From Kudoa neothunni (taxonomy: Eukaryota > Animalia > Cnidaria): a stretch of 64,000 nucleotides of DNA. A program made the position numbers and the translations under genes. Where the stretch lies: positions 10,867,607-10,931,606 of the forward strand of contig OZ199838.1 of NCBI GenBank assembly GCA_964304625.1, read 5' to 3'. Below the pieces are notes generated by a model that made no database searches, had not been told where the DNA came from, and saw only the letters and a program-made list of their open reading frames with translations. Position 1 is the stretch's first letter; every line of letters begins with the position of its first letter. Positions 26,772 through 39,333 of this stretch are shown here, piece by piece.

Positions 26772-28825
26772 TTAATAACATTATTAAATACTTAAAAATA
26801 ATATGTTAATGAATTAAGTCTTATTGTCTGCAATAATATTGGTTATTGTCCTGTTAGACGTTGCGCACACAAACCATTGGCTGCATGTCTCGCATGGTCT
26901 CACAATTTTACTAATTGTCATATGTTGAGCGTTAATTCTCGTTTGACCTAAATTGTATCATAAAATTCTTAGATTTTATTATTCTTCGAAATAATTTTAT
27001 TCGCTAAACCATTTGGTTACGCTAAATCTATGCGGTGAATCTTAGATGTGAACCTCCGCGAATAACCTTTTTTGAGAATTATACTATTTAACTCACGTTT
27101 TGCTTAAATTAAAATATGCTAAATGTATCTATATTTATTTCTATCGCAGCTTTCTTCATAAAGACTATACAAGGTTCGTTTAGCTTGACTCATAACAAGT
27201 GCACGTATCGTATAATGAATTAGAAGATTCGGTTAAATAGTTATTAAATGAATTAGTTGATGTTTCCACTTGACTGAAGACAAAAATATGGACAATAATA
27301 ACAGATAAATACAAATGCTTCACCAAGTGCCTTAAGATGACGTTTGAATCTGCTTCCTTTTGATATGTAGGTTTCACCACTGCCAAATATACCAACGCGA
27401 AGATAAAAAAAATAAATATGGAATAAATTCAGAGAAAAAAATTTCAAATATGAAAAGTTTCGATGAAATAGTTTGTAGTATTAGCAACGATCAAGTTGCT
27501 TCCATATGTGATGAATTATATGGGGACGGATTTTACAATCTCGATATTTATTTTGATAAAAGATGGAAACTAATTGTAAGTGAATGGATCGTTGGTTAAG
27601 TTATGCTGAACATTATTTTAATAACTGCAAGAATTCTTCATATCGTTCTTCTGTTTCCTGAAATCCATCAGAATCGAAAGAAACCTTATAATGGTTACCA
27701 AATACTTAAAGTCATATTATACTCGCCCTGGCACTTTACTGATCTAATATTATTATGGAGGAAGTATCCAAAATAAAAACTATAAGGATGAGGAAAATGA
27801 GTAGTGTCTGTTATTTGGTTCCCGAAAGAAATATCAAGATGAACTAAATTTTGTTAAAATAAAGTTTTGGTTTCATATTGATTCAAAAAATTTTACACCC
27901 GCTGAATTTAATGAAACTAGTATTTTAACAAATCAATAAAATTGTTTAAAGCAAAATAGCATAAATATTAAAATTACTAAGATGCCGATAAACGAAAGAC
28001 AAAAAAAAGTTTCATCAAAAAATAAGAGGTTTTTGGCAACCTCAGTTTTTTCGACTATTTATAGCCACTGCGATTAAGTGTGAAAGTTAGTTGTTACGCA
28101 TGCCTCATTAGAGTTTATAAGGTACGATTTGGTAGATAATTTGAATTAATTAGCCTAGGATAACATAAATTAGTATTTAATACTGTTAATAATTCAGGAA
28201 AAGTATAATTTTTATACATGAGAGATGATTAAAATATGGTTTAATAGACAAATTTTCCATTTAAAATTTTTTAGGATGGATATAACTTATTCTATTTGTG
28301 AAATCGAATTTCTAATATCTCACGTATTCTAGGAGATATTCCCATCTATGCAATTAGCCACGTCCAATATTCTATGAGCAAATTAAAATCCTTTTGGGGT
28401 ATAAAAATCCCAAGCTCGTTAAAGGGTTAATGAAAAGCATATATTTACTATCAAAGGATGTACTACACATCACGGACCCTCATTTATACACTCCGTGAAA
28501 ATTGCTATAAATTATTCATGATCAACACTATAAATTTTGTTTACAATATTATCAATATTTTAAATTTAAACGGAAAATTGTAATGTTATATTTGTCTCTG
28601 AATATTATTAGAAGTTTCGCAGAATAATCACGAAAGAATGGGTACTAGTTGAAATTAAAAAATAAACACAAATTTTATCTCTAATTAGAAAAACTTCCGA
28701 AAAGGCGGTCCTTAATTAAATTAATCAACGCCTAAAAAACAATAAACCATAAAATAAATCGCATATATAAAACTATAAATCTATCGAGTAGTAAATTATA
28801 GAGAAAAATATCTTGATATTTAGTT

Positions 28826-29538
28826 TTAAATTAAGGAATCATCTGAGTCAGGCAAGTCTTCTGCAGCCTCCATCATACTATATCTATTTTCCATAGAGTT
28901 GTGACGCATTTTATCACAACTAACCGAAACCACAACCAACAACAAAACGACCAAAACTGCTCCAAGAAATCCCATTGATGCCCAAATATGTCGGCTTCGC
29001 AGCATGTAATACATGTAACTACGTTGGCTTAGTCTCATCTCTAGATTCCAATCTACATTGAATTGAGGTTTTAGATCAGCCCTCAAGTCAATCATTGCTA
29101 TCTTTCCTGGTTGTTCGTTCAGCGCTATAATGCAGAAATAACAAACTATGTTTAATAAACATGAATGATAATAATTACCAGCAATTCGGGATGCTCTATC
29201 AACGTCATTAACAATTGTTGTTCGTCCATTACTTGAATCAGGTTTTTGTTCTTCCTTTGGAATAGCTACGGCACTATCTGCAACATTGATGATATCTTCT
29301 GAATCGTTATCATCTCCAACGTACTATAAAATACAAAAAGATAATGGAGCTCAGGTCAATTATTTGAACTTACATCATATATTACGCTATCTGGTATAGG
29401 TGCTGGGTGGGTGTTGGACTGGGGAGCATTTTGTTTAGTGTTAACGTCAGGTTTAGTGGGCAATACGGTGGTGCTGATTTTGAGGAACAACCCACATTGA
29501 AGTAATATGGTCAATGTTACAAATGATACTAGCTTCAT
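28826..29538 (-). CDS. Small type-I membrane protein, 3 exons (weakly FAM174-like tail)
   Basis: Signal peptide MKLVSFVTLTILLQCGLF; Pro/Thr/acidic ectodomain; GT-AG introns join 29374-29538, ~29178-29323 and 28826-~29124 in frame; TM WASMGFLGAVLVVLLLVVVSVSC; tail RYSMM..DSDDSLI*. Confidence 0.75.
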
Positions 29539-31595
29539 TCTGACTTAATGATAGTAATTGTCCTTTAATATCAGAGATTATATTTCGTAGACCTATTAAC
29601 CATTAGTAAACGAAGGTTTATACCTCAAACGAATACTTCTCGTAATGAATCATTCATCTCTTCTTATTTTATCTATTCAAATCACAACAATACGACAATG
29701 ATTATTTTAAATAAAAACAAAAACTGATTTTTAGTTCATTCAAAGACATTACTTTCCCTCAAAATGATTAATAGCACCATTTTAATCGACATTAAACCAA
29801 AATAAAATTAGCTAATTATATCCACTCTGGACAATGGTGTCTACTAAAATATTAATTCCTGATAATAAACGTATTCAGCCTACCAAATATATTCTATTAA
29901 AACTGTAAATCGAAAATCAGTTTGAGGCGGAATGCCTAAAAAGTCCCTCTGTCCAAGTTGTATTCAGATTTAAAAGATTGTTATTTTACGTAATAATCCT
30001 CTGCAAAATTTCTTCCACTGAAATATTTATTCACAATTTTTATGAATAATTGTTGAATATAACAATTTAAATAAAATGATTCGAATAATTGACGAAATAA
30101 AAATTATCATAATCTAAAATATTCAGTAGAAATTTTTTATTATTACAATTAGGAATTCGTCCAAATTAACTTTTAATTTCGTTAGGTAATGGATTTAAAC
30201 TAATATAAATACTAGGCATTCCTCTCTAACTCTAATCAAGGAATTTAGTGGCACTCGTTTGAAAGGATATTTACTGACAATAAGAGCCACCTTTTCATGT
30301 TTTCCTGTAATATAAATCATTATTTTTAAATGTAATAAATTCTATAAGGTTTATAAAAATACCATTTGACGAATAACTTGATAACATTAATAATTATTTG
30401 GTTGAAATGAACTTAAGATTTTTTAATTAATGATTACCGTATTACGGCTGGTTATAATTTTAGTCCATTATCAGCACAAAATGGGATGTATTCCCAATGC
30501 AAGTTTATTATTGATTTTATTTTAGTAAAAATACGTTTTTCAAAGGCTTATTTAAATTTTTAACCAACATAATACGGAGTTACTAAAAGAATAATATTGT
30601 CAATACGACCTTGTGTGTGCGTAACAGCAATTTTAATGAGTTCGTTTATGGAATATAGCGATAACTGTCTTAATTTTAATAATACATGTATTTTTTAATT
30701 TATTTGAAAGAAAAATTCGTATGGAATATAGTCTGAGTTAAATTTTAATTTTTGCTCGAATGATTAAAACTAGCTGGTTTGTTGATGAATTTGGAATATA
30801 AAGGACTCTATATAAAGTACCTTGCATTACCGCCTAGTTTGTCTATTTTTCAAAGATGGTACTTAACAAACTAATAGATGTAATATGTTTCTCCGTTGGA
30901 AAATTAATGATTTAATTGTGAAATTTACAAAAATTTGTAGGTAGAATTTTAGGTAATTAGAATCGACGGGATATTATGGAACTGGAAGAATATATTGGAT
31001 TTGTTCAGTCGTTGACCAGTTTCTAGTATCATTAGATACCTCATCCATAGTCATTTTGGGCTGAAAAATGTCAAAAAATTTATATGGATCTATATTGACC
31101 AAGTAGATTTTGATATATTATAAAGTATTGTCATTTTAATGATCTATCAATTTAAGAATCAAGTAACAGTCAGAAAATTTTTGTGTCTATTGACAATATC
31201 TGGTCTTATCTGATCTATGTGAGTTTATTTTTTTATTCATTGATAACTCAATTATGAGAATATCTGAATTAAACCATTTAAGCTTTTAAACACAGAAAGG
31301 TAAAATCGTTTAAATAATATTAAACTTTAGTAAGAAAACTAAGGTTTATAAAATAATATTATTAATTAATTAATACAAAAGAAAAGAAATATGGCAATAC
31401 AAAGATATAAATTATTGCTTATAGATATATGCTATCACCGATTTTTTACAGAGTAATGACCACAGAAACCAACTTTTTAGTTTTTATTTTGCAATAGTAT
31501 AAATTTAGCATATTGGTATTCTTATTTTATGATCTTCTGTGGCCCAATCATATTAAAATTTTGATATAATAATACATTGATTGGTGGGTTATAAA

Positions 31596-33629
31596 TAGGG
31601 TTTGCAATTTTCGACGTTTAATTTTTTTCAATTCGACGGCTTTTATCGATCGAAAAACTTTTTTTTCAAAATCAGTTTTTTTCGATGTTTATTTTATGAA
31701 AAAAAGAAAAATAAGTTTTTATCAGAGACCAAAAAAACAAAGTTTTATAGAATAAAAATAGTTATTTTGAGTAACTACTAGTTAAAATAGAGATGGACCG
31801 TTAAAATGGAGCATCGAAACCATTGAAGCGCGTTCATTTGAGAGTTTCATTCGTTCTTTTCGAATTATATAATTTAATTTCGAAAAGCTTCGTTCTACAG
31901 CGATAGATGAAATGGGTAATGCCAACAAATCCAACGAAAGTTTTGACAGCAATGGGAAAATATTGGATTTTTCCTTCCAAAAGTCTGTAGTGATAGAAGG
32001 ATGATTTGAATCCATAATTGCCTTACAAAGGAGATTGTATTCATCTTTAAGGATAACTTTGTCTTTAACCCCTATTAAATAACAAAGATCATCAATATGT
32101 ACATTTTCAATCGATAATGGCGTTGCTGGATCAATGCTTTTGATTGTTTTAAAGAAAGTGGCTGATGGAAAACAATCATTAATACTATTTGATATAAAAT
32201 CATGGATTTTCTCGATGATGCTCCCGCGAAAAGATTCAATTTTATTGATAAGATTTGTTCTAATTTCAAATGGAATAAGTCCAAGATTATCTTTGTGATC
32301 ATTCAGAAAATTCTTCTTCATTCCAAAATCATTATTCATCCAGTCGAATATACTTGAAAAACAAAAATTATCGTTAGTTTCAATACGTTTCGAAAATTCA
32401 ACCAGCGGCGTAAGTTCATCAATTAACACAGTGACAGAGAGAAATAAGACATTGATATTCTCAGAATTAATTAGTAGAATTTCATTTAGACGTTTTCCAA
32501 ATTCTAAGGGTTTAACTTCATTTAGAAAATCGACAACAGCTGGATAATATTCTTTTATTTGCTTTAAGCAATTGTAAAAACTATACCAACGGATATCCAT
32601 GACACGAGGAATTTCTTTGACATTTTCCAAATCGTTGTTCTTGAGATGAACCAGAAATGTTCTCTTTGCATTTCTATTCTTTGACAGAATAGATGAAAAC
32701 TTCATGCAGAATTTTTTAATATCTAAGAAATATTCGTCAGTAGCTTTTCGGACAGCAAGGTGGATAATATGAGAAAAGCATGGAATTCGAATAATATGTG
32801 GATACATTGCTATCAAATCATTGATGAATTTTTTCATGTATGACGCTGAATCCGAAATAATAGCGCAACAGTTATCCCATACCAAGTCGTAACGTTTCAG
32901 CACGTTTGATAATTGATTAGCAACAATAACAGAATTGCAATTTAAAATTCTGGATGAATCTAACGTAAATATCATTCTTTTATTTGAATGGTGATCGTAA
33001 TAACAAGCCAACGTGTTGAAAACAGGTCTATTATTAAAGTCAGGCGGTTCGTCAATTATCAAACTGAAGCGAACATCTACCATTGCTAGTTTAATTGCGC
33101 CCATACTCCTCAAAAACATCGGGGAAATATGTTGATCGATAAGAACTCTTCCATCGGGCAATGATTGTGAAGCTGGACAATAATTGAAAAGAAAATTCCT
33201 CAATGAACTATCTTTATTGATAGCTTGGAATGAAAGACCATCAAATAATACGATCTTTACTAGGTCCATTTCAATTTCGCTTGAGTTGGATCTATCACGA
33301 TGCAAAATATCCGTGATGGGGATAGTGTTTTTCACATTAGTCTTCATAGTTGCGTGTTTTTGAGATCCAACATGTTCTTGTATTCTGTTTTGTTTAAGGG
33401 GTAAAACTAGCTTGCAATATTTGCATGACAACGAGTCTCCCGCAGCTTCCAAGTCGCTCCATTCAATTAAATAATCAGCCAACTCTCGACGTTTTCTCCC
33501 CATTTACAAGATTTTCAATTAAACAAAATCGGCTTTTTTCGATCGAAAAAAATAAAAACTGGCACGTTTTTTCAAATTCGACGGTTTAAATCGACAGAAA
33601 TCGATTTTAATCGAAAATTGCAAACCCTA
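31596..33629 (-). mobile_element. Intact hAT DNA transposon, 2034 bp
   Basis: Perfect 19-bp TIR TAGGGTTTGCAATTTTCGA (31596-31614 and 33611-33629), perfect 8-bp TSD GTTATAAA (31588-31595 and 33630-33637), and TCGA-rich subterminal regions. Confidence 0.97.
31782..33503 (-). CDS. hAT transposase (CGGBP1-like zinc finger), 573 aa
   Basis: CKYC..HVGSQKH zinc finger; IIDE, ISDSASYM, CFSH, RWYS, FW..K...FPLL and SSIAVERSFS motifs; uninterrupted ORF. Confidence 0.95.
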   Translation of the reverse strand: MGRKRRELADYLIEWSDLEAAGDSLSCKYCKLVLPLKQNRIQEHVGSQKHATMKTNVKNTIPITDILHRDRSNSSEIEMDLVKIVLFDGLSFQAINKDSSLRNFLFNYCPASQSLPDGRVLIDQHISPMFLRSMGAIKLAMVDVRFSLIIDEPPDFNNRPVFNTLACYYDHHSNKRMIFTLDSSRILNCNSVIVANQLSNVLKRYDLVWDNCCAIISDSASYMKKFINDLIAMYPHIIRIPCFSHIIHLAVRKATDEYFLDIKKFCMKFSSILSKNRNAKRTFLVHLKNNDLENVKEIPRVMDIRWYSFYNCLKQIKEYYPAVVDFLNEVKPLEFGKRLNEILLINSENINVLFLSVTVLIDELTPLVEFSKRIETNDNFCFSSIFDWMNNDFGMKKNFLNDHKDNLGLIPFEIRTNLINKIESFRGSIIEKIHDFISNSINDCFPSATFFKTIKSIDPATPLSIENVHIDDLCYLIGVKDKVILKDEYNLLCKAIMDSNHPSITTDFWKEKSNIFPLLSKLSLDLLALPISSIAVERSFSKLNYIIRKERMKLSNERASMVSMLHFNGPSLF

Positions 33630-36275
33630 GTTATAAACACAATGAACAATTCTTTAACATGATTCAGGATGTGTGTAAATTTATTTAATGATTAAAAAGT
33701 TAATACCATTCTAATTTATGTCGGACTACTTTTTGAGAATTTGAAGTATCCTATACTACGTATGGACTTTACCTCGCTTTTGTTTCAGTGATGCTCTTGT
33801 ATCAAAACTGACATTGATATAACTCGAAGATGTTAGTTTTCAATTATTTGTATTCTTACAAATATATTAAGTCAATAAAGAAATTGATGTAATAAAGAAT
33901 TTATTTTACTTTAGGACCCATACAGCTCCTCACTTATAAGCTGCGTGGTATATAGACGATAAAACTATTATACAACTAGATAATATTTACACGAACCAAT
34001 AACTTATTATTTTATATTTAGAAACAATCCTAGCGAAAAAATAAGGCAAACATCAGATTGGTCAATTTATTTTGGCATACCTAGACAATATTCCTCATTT
34101 TATCCAATGGTGTTACGTTTCAAAACATAAACGATCTTTTTGGTAGAACAAAAAGACCTTTCTTATGATGATAATTTTAAAATTAGTGTCGTTTGTCCGA
34201 CATATTCTTTGAAAATTGTCTCTCACGCTAGATGGTTATCGAGAACTGGCTCATATAATATTCTATAGTGAACTTGGTAACTCTGAAACTGTTCTTATAA
34301 TTTACAATTGGCAGAGGCTAATGTCACGGTAAATTTTAATCCAAAGTGACACATGCGCATGCGCAATGGGATTTAAACCCTGCAACTTTTACTCACAAAG
34401 CTTTATAAAGATTTTATTTTTTAAAACCTGCTATATTTAATTATCTCTGATCAATGCTTTTACTCTTAGGAGGCAGAATTACTTAAACATAATCAAAACT
34501 AATGACACCTGAATATTATTTACCATATTAATAACCCAACTTTTACAAATAAACAAATAAAAGTTTTTGATAAACAAAAGCCAACGATTCGTATTAATTT
34601 TCAATCTTAGAAAGTTCAAGATTCAGATTGCTACCCTACGTAATATTCTCTTGAAATTTTATGACGAATATTATGTTATCTATAACAAGAACGTACTTGT
34701 ATACGACATTGTTTTCTTGATGTATGTTACCAAATAAATATCTCATGACTGACTACTCCAATCCAATAATTGGTACATTTAATTATTCCGGCTGGTTTAA
34801 TCAAAAATATATTTTTACCAATTCAATTTCAAATTTGTTAGCCCAAAAAATTGCCATTCGAATAATTTAAAATCATTTTTCCACAATCTAATGATAAAAT
34901 ATTCGGTTATTTAACAATAAGAATTTTTCGATTAAATATTTATATTTTTCTGGAAAGAAAAATACCAGTACCACATTTTTTAATCATCCTAAAAAATTTA
35001 CTATTTAATTAGCAACTAAACTTTTAATAATACATTTTGTTTTCTGTTTGGTTGCTTATCAACAAAGTTTCACCTTCAAGTATTATCAGATTTTTATTGT
35101 ATTATTTGAAATAAATTATTTCTCGGTGCAAATAAATTTTGTATCAATATACAATGTTAAAATAATGTTGGTCTTAAACAAATATCTAGAGGGAATTAAT
35201 TGACTTTAATCATAATATTTGTTTAACCCTACAATGTGTATATATAGGAAACGGTGTATTATTAATACTTCAATACAAAGTGTTTGCAAACTGTCGTATA
35301 GTTTTTGCTTTCTATTGTTTCAGTCACGTGACAGATGATTTGTTTTGAATATTCACGGGAACCAGTTTCACATCTAATTTCGAACTTGTTTGTTTTCTAT
35401 ATGGATTTACGAAAAGCTCAATTAAGACAGCGCATTAATCTTTTTTACTTAATTATTTATAGCTGGGTGGAAATAGAAAAATTGTACAAAAACAAAATCT
35501 AACTCGCGCAGATGCATCATCAAGGACAACAAAAAGATAAATCTTTATTTTGCAAATTTGAGCCGTTACAACTGAAGAATTAAACAGGTTAAACACCTAC
35601 CGATGATATTGAATGGTTTGCAACTAGCTTAATATTAATCAAAGCTGAAATATGTGAATTAATATTATAGGAAGTAGATAAATAATTGCCATGACATATT
35701 TAGCGCATGGAACATGTTTATATATCAATTGACTCTATAATTAAATTAATTCGTCAGGTATTTTCGGATATTTGTTTTGGTTGGAGATAAATGTGGACAA
35801 AATTTTAAACAAAATAGGGGTTTTTATGATGCTAGTCACAAATTATTAATCGAATTATATACTTATAATAGTTTTCGTCATTTCAAAATAGTACTCGAAA
35901 CAATCTATTACATAGGATAAACAATCAGTTGATAGCCACAATAAAAAGCCAATCAAACCTGTGTTAAATCAACTTAATATATGGTCAATACATTTCAATG
36001 CATTGAACGATAAGTATCCACATGGAATTCGATTTAATCAGAGATTATCGGTTGTTTTGATCTATGACGAAATCAATGCATACAAACATTAGATTTTTAC
36101 ACGAAAACTTGTTATAAAAAATAGGTTGATAGCGTTTACATTATTCGTATCCCTTTTTCCACGCTAAATACAGAGATTGCTAGTTATCAATGAGATAAGG
36201 TGGTTTAAGATAGCACGAGGCCCCTGAACATAATCGCAATTTTAGCTGATCTTTATTGATCATAGTTTGATTGAC

Positions 36276-37879
36276 ATGTTGCGAAGTCTTGTCGGCCTAT
36301 CCAGGAATTCTCATTCATATACGCGTCGAGCGTATTCTACACAAAATTTTAACGGAATCACTTTGGTTTCTGCATGTTTTCGTGGGGGCCAAGTAAAAAA
36401 ATTTGCTACATTTAATTCATCTGGGTTCTCGTAGAAAAAATCTGGTACCGAATACGGTCCTAACTGTCTGATTAAAGCAGGGGCGCTCGACAACGTTAAA
36501 CCTTTTATAAGTAAAATAACAAATAGGTCGATTCTCTTTGTTTATTTTTGATTAAGATAATCACATTGAACTGTCGTTTGATCATCTTAAAGAGAAAACC
36601 GACATTGAGACATGCAGTAAAGTATCTAGAACTGTGGCCGAAACGTTGAAGAAAGAAGCATTAGCAAAAAATTTTTGTTTAACTCTTGGAGGTGACCACA
36701 GGTATTTATCTTTATTGAAGCGTCATGGATGGAGTTTATATTTTCTAATTATTAACTTTATTTTACGGCTAAAAACAAATATTTAATTTATTGCTGGAAT
36801 TCAATGCTTAAGTTGATTTTATTTCTAGCATTGGTACAGGTACAGTTTCTGGTCTGTTGAATGCTTATCCTGATCTGTGTGTTATATGGGTATGTCTTAA
36901 AGTGCAAAATCATAACTACTTTTGTTAATTACCTATAAATATTTTATAACAATATACAACAATTAATATGGCAATCTTCAATGTATAATTTAGGTCGACG
37001 CCCATGCTGATTTGAACACATTTGATGCTTCCCAATCGAAGAGTGTTCACGGAATGCCGTTAAGTTTTGTGTTAAACCATCGAGATCTGGACGTAACACA
37101 TTATTGTATCAAGAGAATGTTAATTCATTTGTTTTTGTTCTAGTGTGAATCGCACAAGCCATACGATTGGGTCAAACAAGGGTAATTCAGAAGTGGTTTA
37201 TTTCTCGGTTATAATGGTCGCTGTAGACAAAAACTTCCACTGGATCGTCTGGCTTTTATTGGGCTGAGAGACGTGGATCCATTCGAAAGGTAAAGTCGAA
37301 TATACATTTTCATCAACATTCTATATGACACATCCCAGAGAATTTATCAAAAAAAATAATATTATTGCCTATTCAATGGATGATATCGATCGTATTGGTA
37401 TCTCCAGGGTGGTTGAGGAAATTTTAGCTAAAATGAACCCCGAGTAAGAATGTCCATTTAAGACTTATAGAGAGACAATAACTTATTAATGTGTTCATTC
37501 TTAGCAATTCAAAACCAATTCATGTGAGCTTTGACGTTGATTCAATAGATCCCATTTATACCTCCTCTACCGGAACACCAGGTTATCCCAGGATTATCGC
37601 GAGGATTTATGACTTTTTTTATAGTGGATGGCGGGCTCACATTAAGAGAGGCACAAGTCATTGCGCAAATGTTGAGGAACACCGGTAATTAATAATCTCT
37701 TATATCTTATCACGTGAGAGTTACTAACATCTATTATTTCCATTAAAGAAAAGCTCGTGGGTTTGGATATCGTTGAAGTGAACCCTTTGCTGGGAGAGGC
37801 TAGTGATGTCAAAAAAACCATCACCTCCACCAAGTGTCTGATTGATACCTTCTTGCTAGGTCGATGCACCATACATTAA
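36276..37879 (+). CDS. ARG: Arginase with probable mitochondrial presequence (ARG2-like), multi-exon
   Basis: Spliced translation gives GGQ|KKSGTEYGP, LGGDHS, W|VDAHADLNT..HGMP, FIGLRDVD, HVSFDVDSIDP..STGTP|VDGGLTLRE and GLDIVEVNP. All Mn-ligand positions are present. N-terminus MLRSLVGLSRNSHSYTRRAYST. Confidence 0.95.
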
Positions 37880-38809
37880 CTCTCATTTTATTTTCGAACA
37901 ACTCATCGAGCATTTTACACAAGAAATTATAAATTTTTAGCTGGTTTGTTAAATACTAAAGAAATTTTTGATATAGCGTTCCGACGAGTGAATAGAAATG
38001 CGCTAAATTTTACTCAAAAAATAGGCCTATTCACGAAAATCATCAAATTTAGATTAAATTATGATTTCGACTCATACGAGTATGGAAACTTAAATAGACC
38101 ACGTGAGGACATTTTCAAATGAAACAATTATTTAAATACTCTTCGTAATTTCGCCTAAATTTTGCTAAAATCCAGTGTTATCGTTGCAAAAGAAAATTAA
38201 TAATAAACGAAATCAGTCGACATTTGCATATGCTAAGGTTTCACAATCTAAAATATAATAAATTCCATATCTGTATCCGGGACGTTCGTGAGCATCGGGT
38301 TATTATCATCCGCTAATAATTGTTGCAATATCGTGGAATATTCTTTTGATAGAGAATGAGCGGATTTTGTCAAATTACGTCATGCAGACATAAACTAAGC
38401 AACGGAAGCAAAACGTCACACACCTAACGTTTAATAAAAACTAACTTTTTAGACAAACGTGCGCGTTACAGAATTAGTTAAAAGAGAGTTTTTCCCATAA
38501 ATTTCTACCCCCAGGATATCCTCAAATACATTGACTCACTAAGCTTCAAATACTTAACGTGAAGGTTAAGAATATCCTGAGGTGGATCTAAATGCCAATC
38601 CAAGGTTCCATTAACTGTACCAGATGCACATACACATTGGAGCGTAAAAATTAGAAGCAGAAATTTATGATTTAAATAAAACTTTCGCTCAAACGTTAAA
38701 CAACATTAGCAAGCATTTGTATACGTATATACGCAAATAAACCCACGATCAAATTTCAATCTATCGTAAGAGATATTATAGACTGCCTAAAATAACAAAG
38801 TCAGCCTTT

Positions 38810-39333
38810 CTATTCATCGTAGTTGCTAACACCAACTCGAATCTTAACTCCATCAGGGAATTGAATGGACAACTAAACAGCGCTCAAACAAATTGAAAAT
38901 AACAATAAATTTACCAATTGTTTAATATCCTCCTTTTTACAATAGATATCCAGAATCCATTTGTGAATCCTCATTTGGTATCTATCCCAAGTTTTTGAAC
39001 CCTCACCACAAGGGGTCTTTCTGGTGGTAATACGAAGAGTCTTCACGGGGAATCTCACTGGACCAACAACGCGTACTCCTTGTTCGTTGGCTCTGCTTGT
39101 TAACATATTTACAACTAAAGCATTCAATTAGATTCTATGACAGAGTGATAAAATTCAGTTTTACCAGAGCTTATAGAATCGACAGCACAGCTGCTGATAG
39201 TCAGCCTTAATTTTCCTTGCTGTTCATATTTTTTGGTGTATTTCAAATCATCAACTGCTCCACTTTTAGCAACTTGCGAACTCTAAAAAGATACAATGAG
39301 AATACAAGAGAAAAGACCAACACAAGGTACCAT
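38810..39333 (-). CDS. RPS20: 40S ribosomal protein S20 (uS10), 4 coding exons
   Basis: [35 protein letters not shown]; ATG-only first coding exon (39331-39333); stop TAG at 38810-38812. Confidence 0.96.

Larger units (their letters stand above)
24015..28426. mobile_element. Composite TTAA-bounded structure with long degenerate inverted arms, interrupted by pB-3
   Basis: ~24190-24421 plus 26776-26795 aligns in reverse complement to ~28170-28370 (for example GATGGGAATATCTCCTAGAATA). Outer ends are TTAA at 24011-24014 and AAAGGG|TTAA at 28427-28430. Confidence 0.65.
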
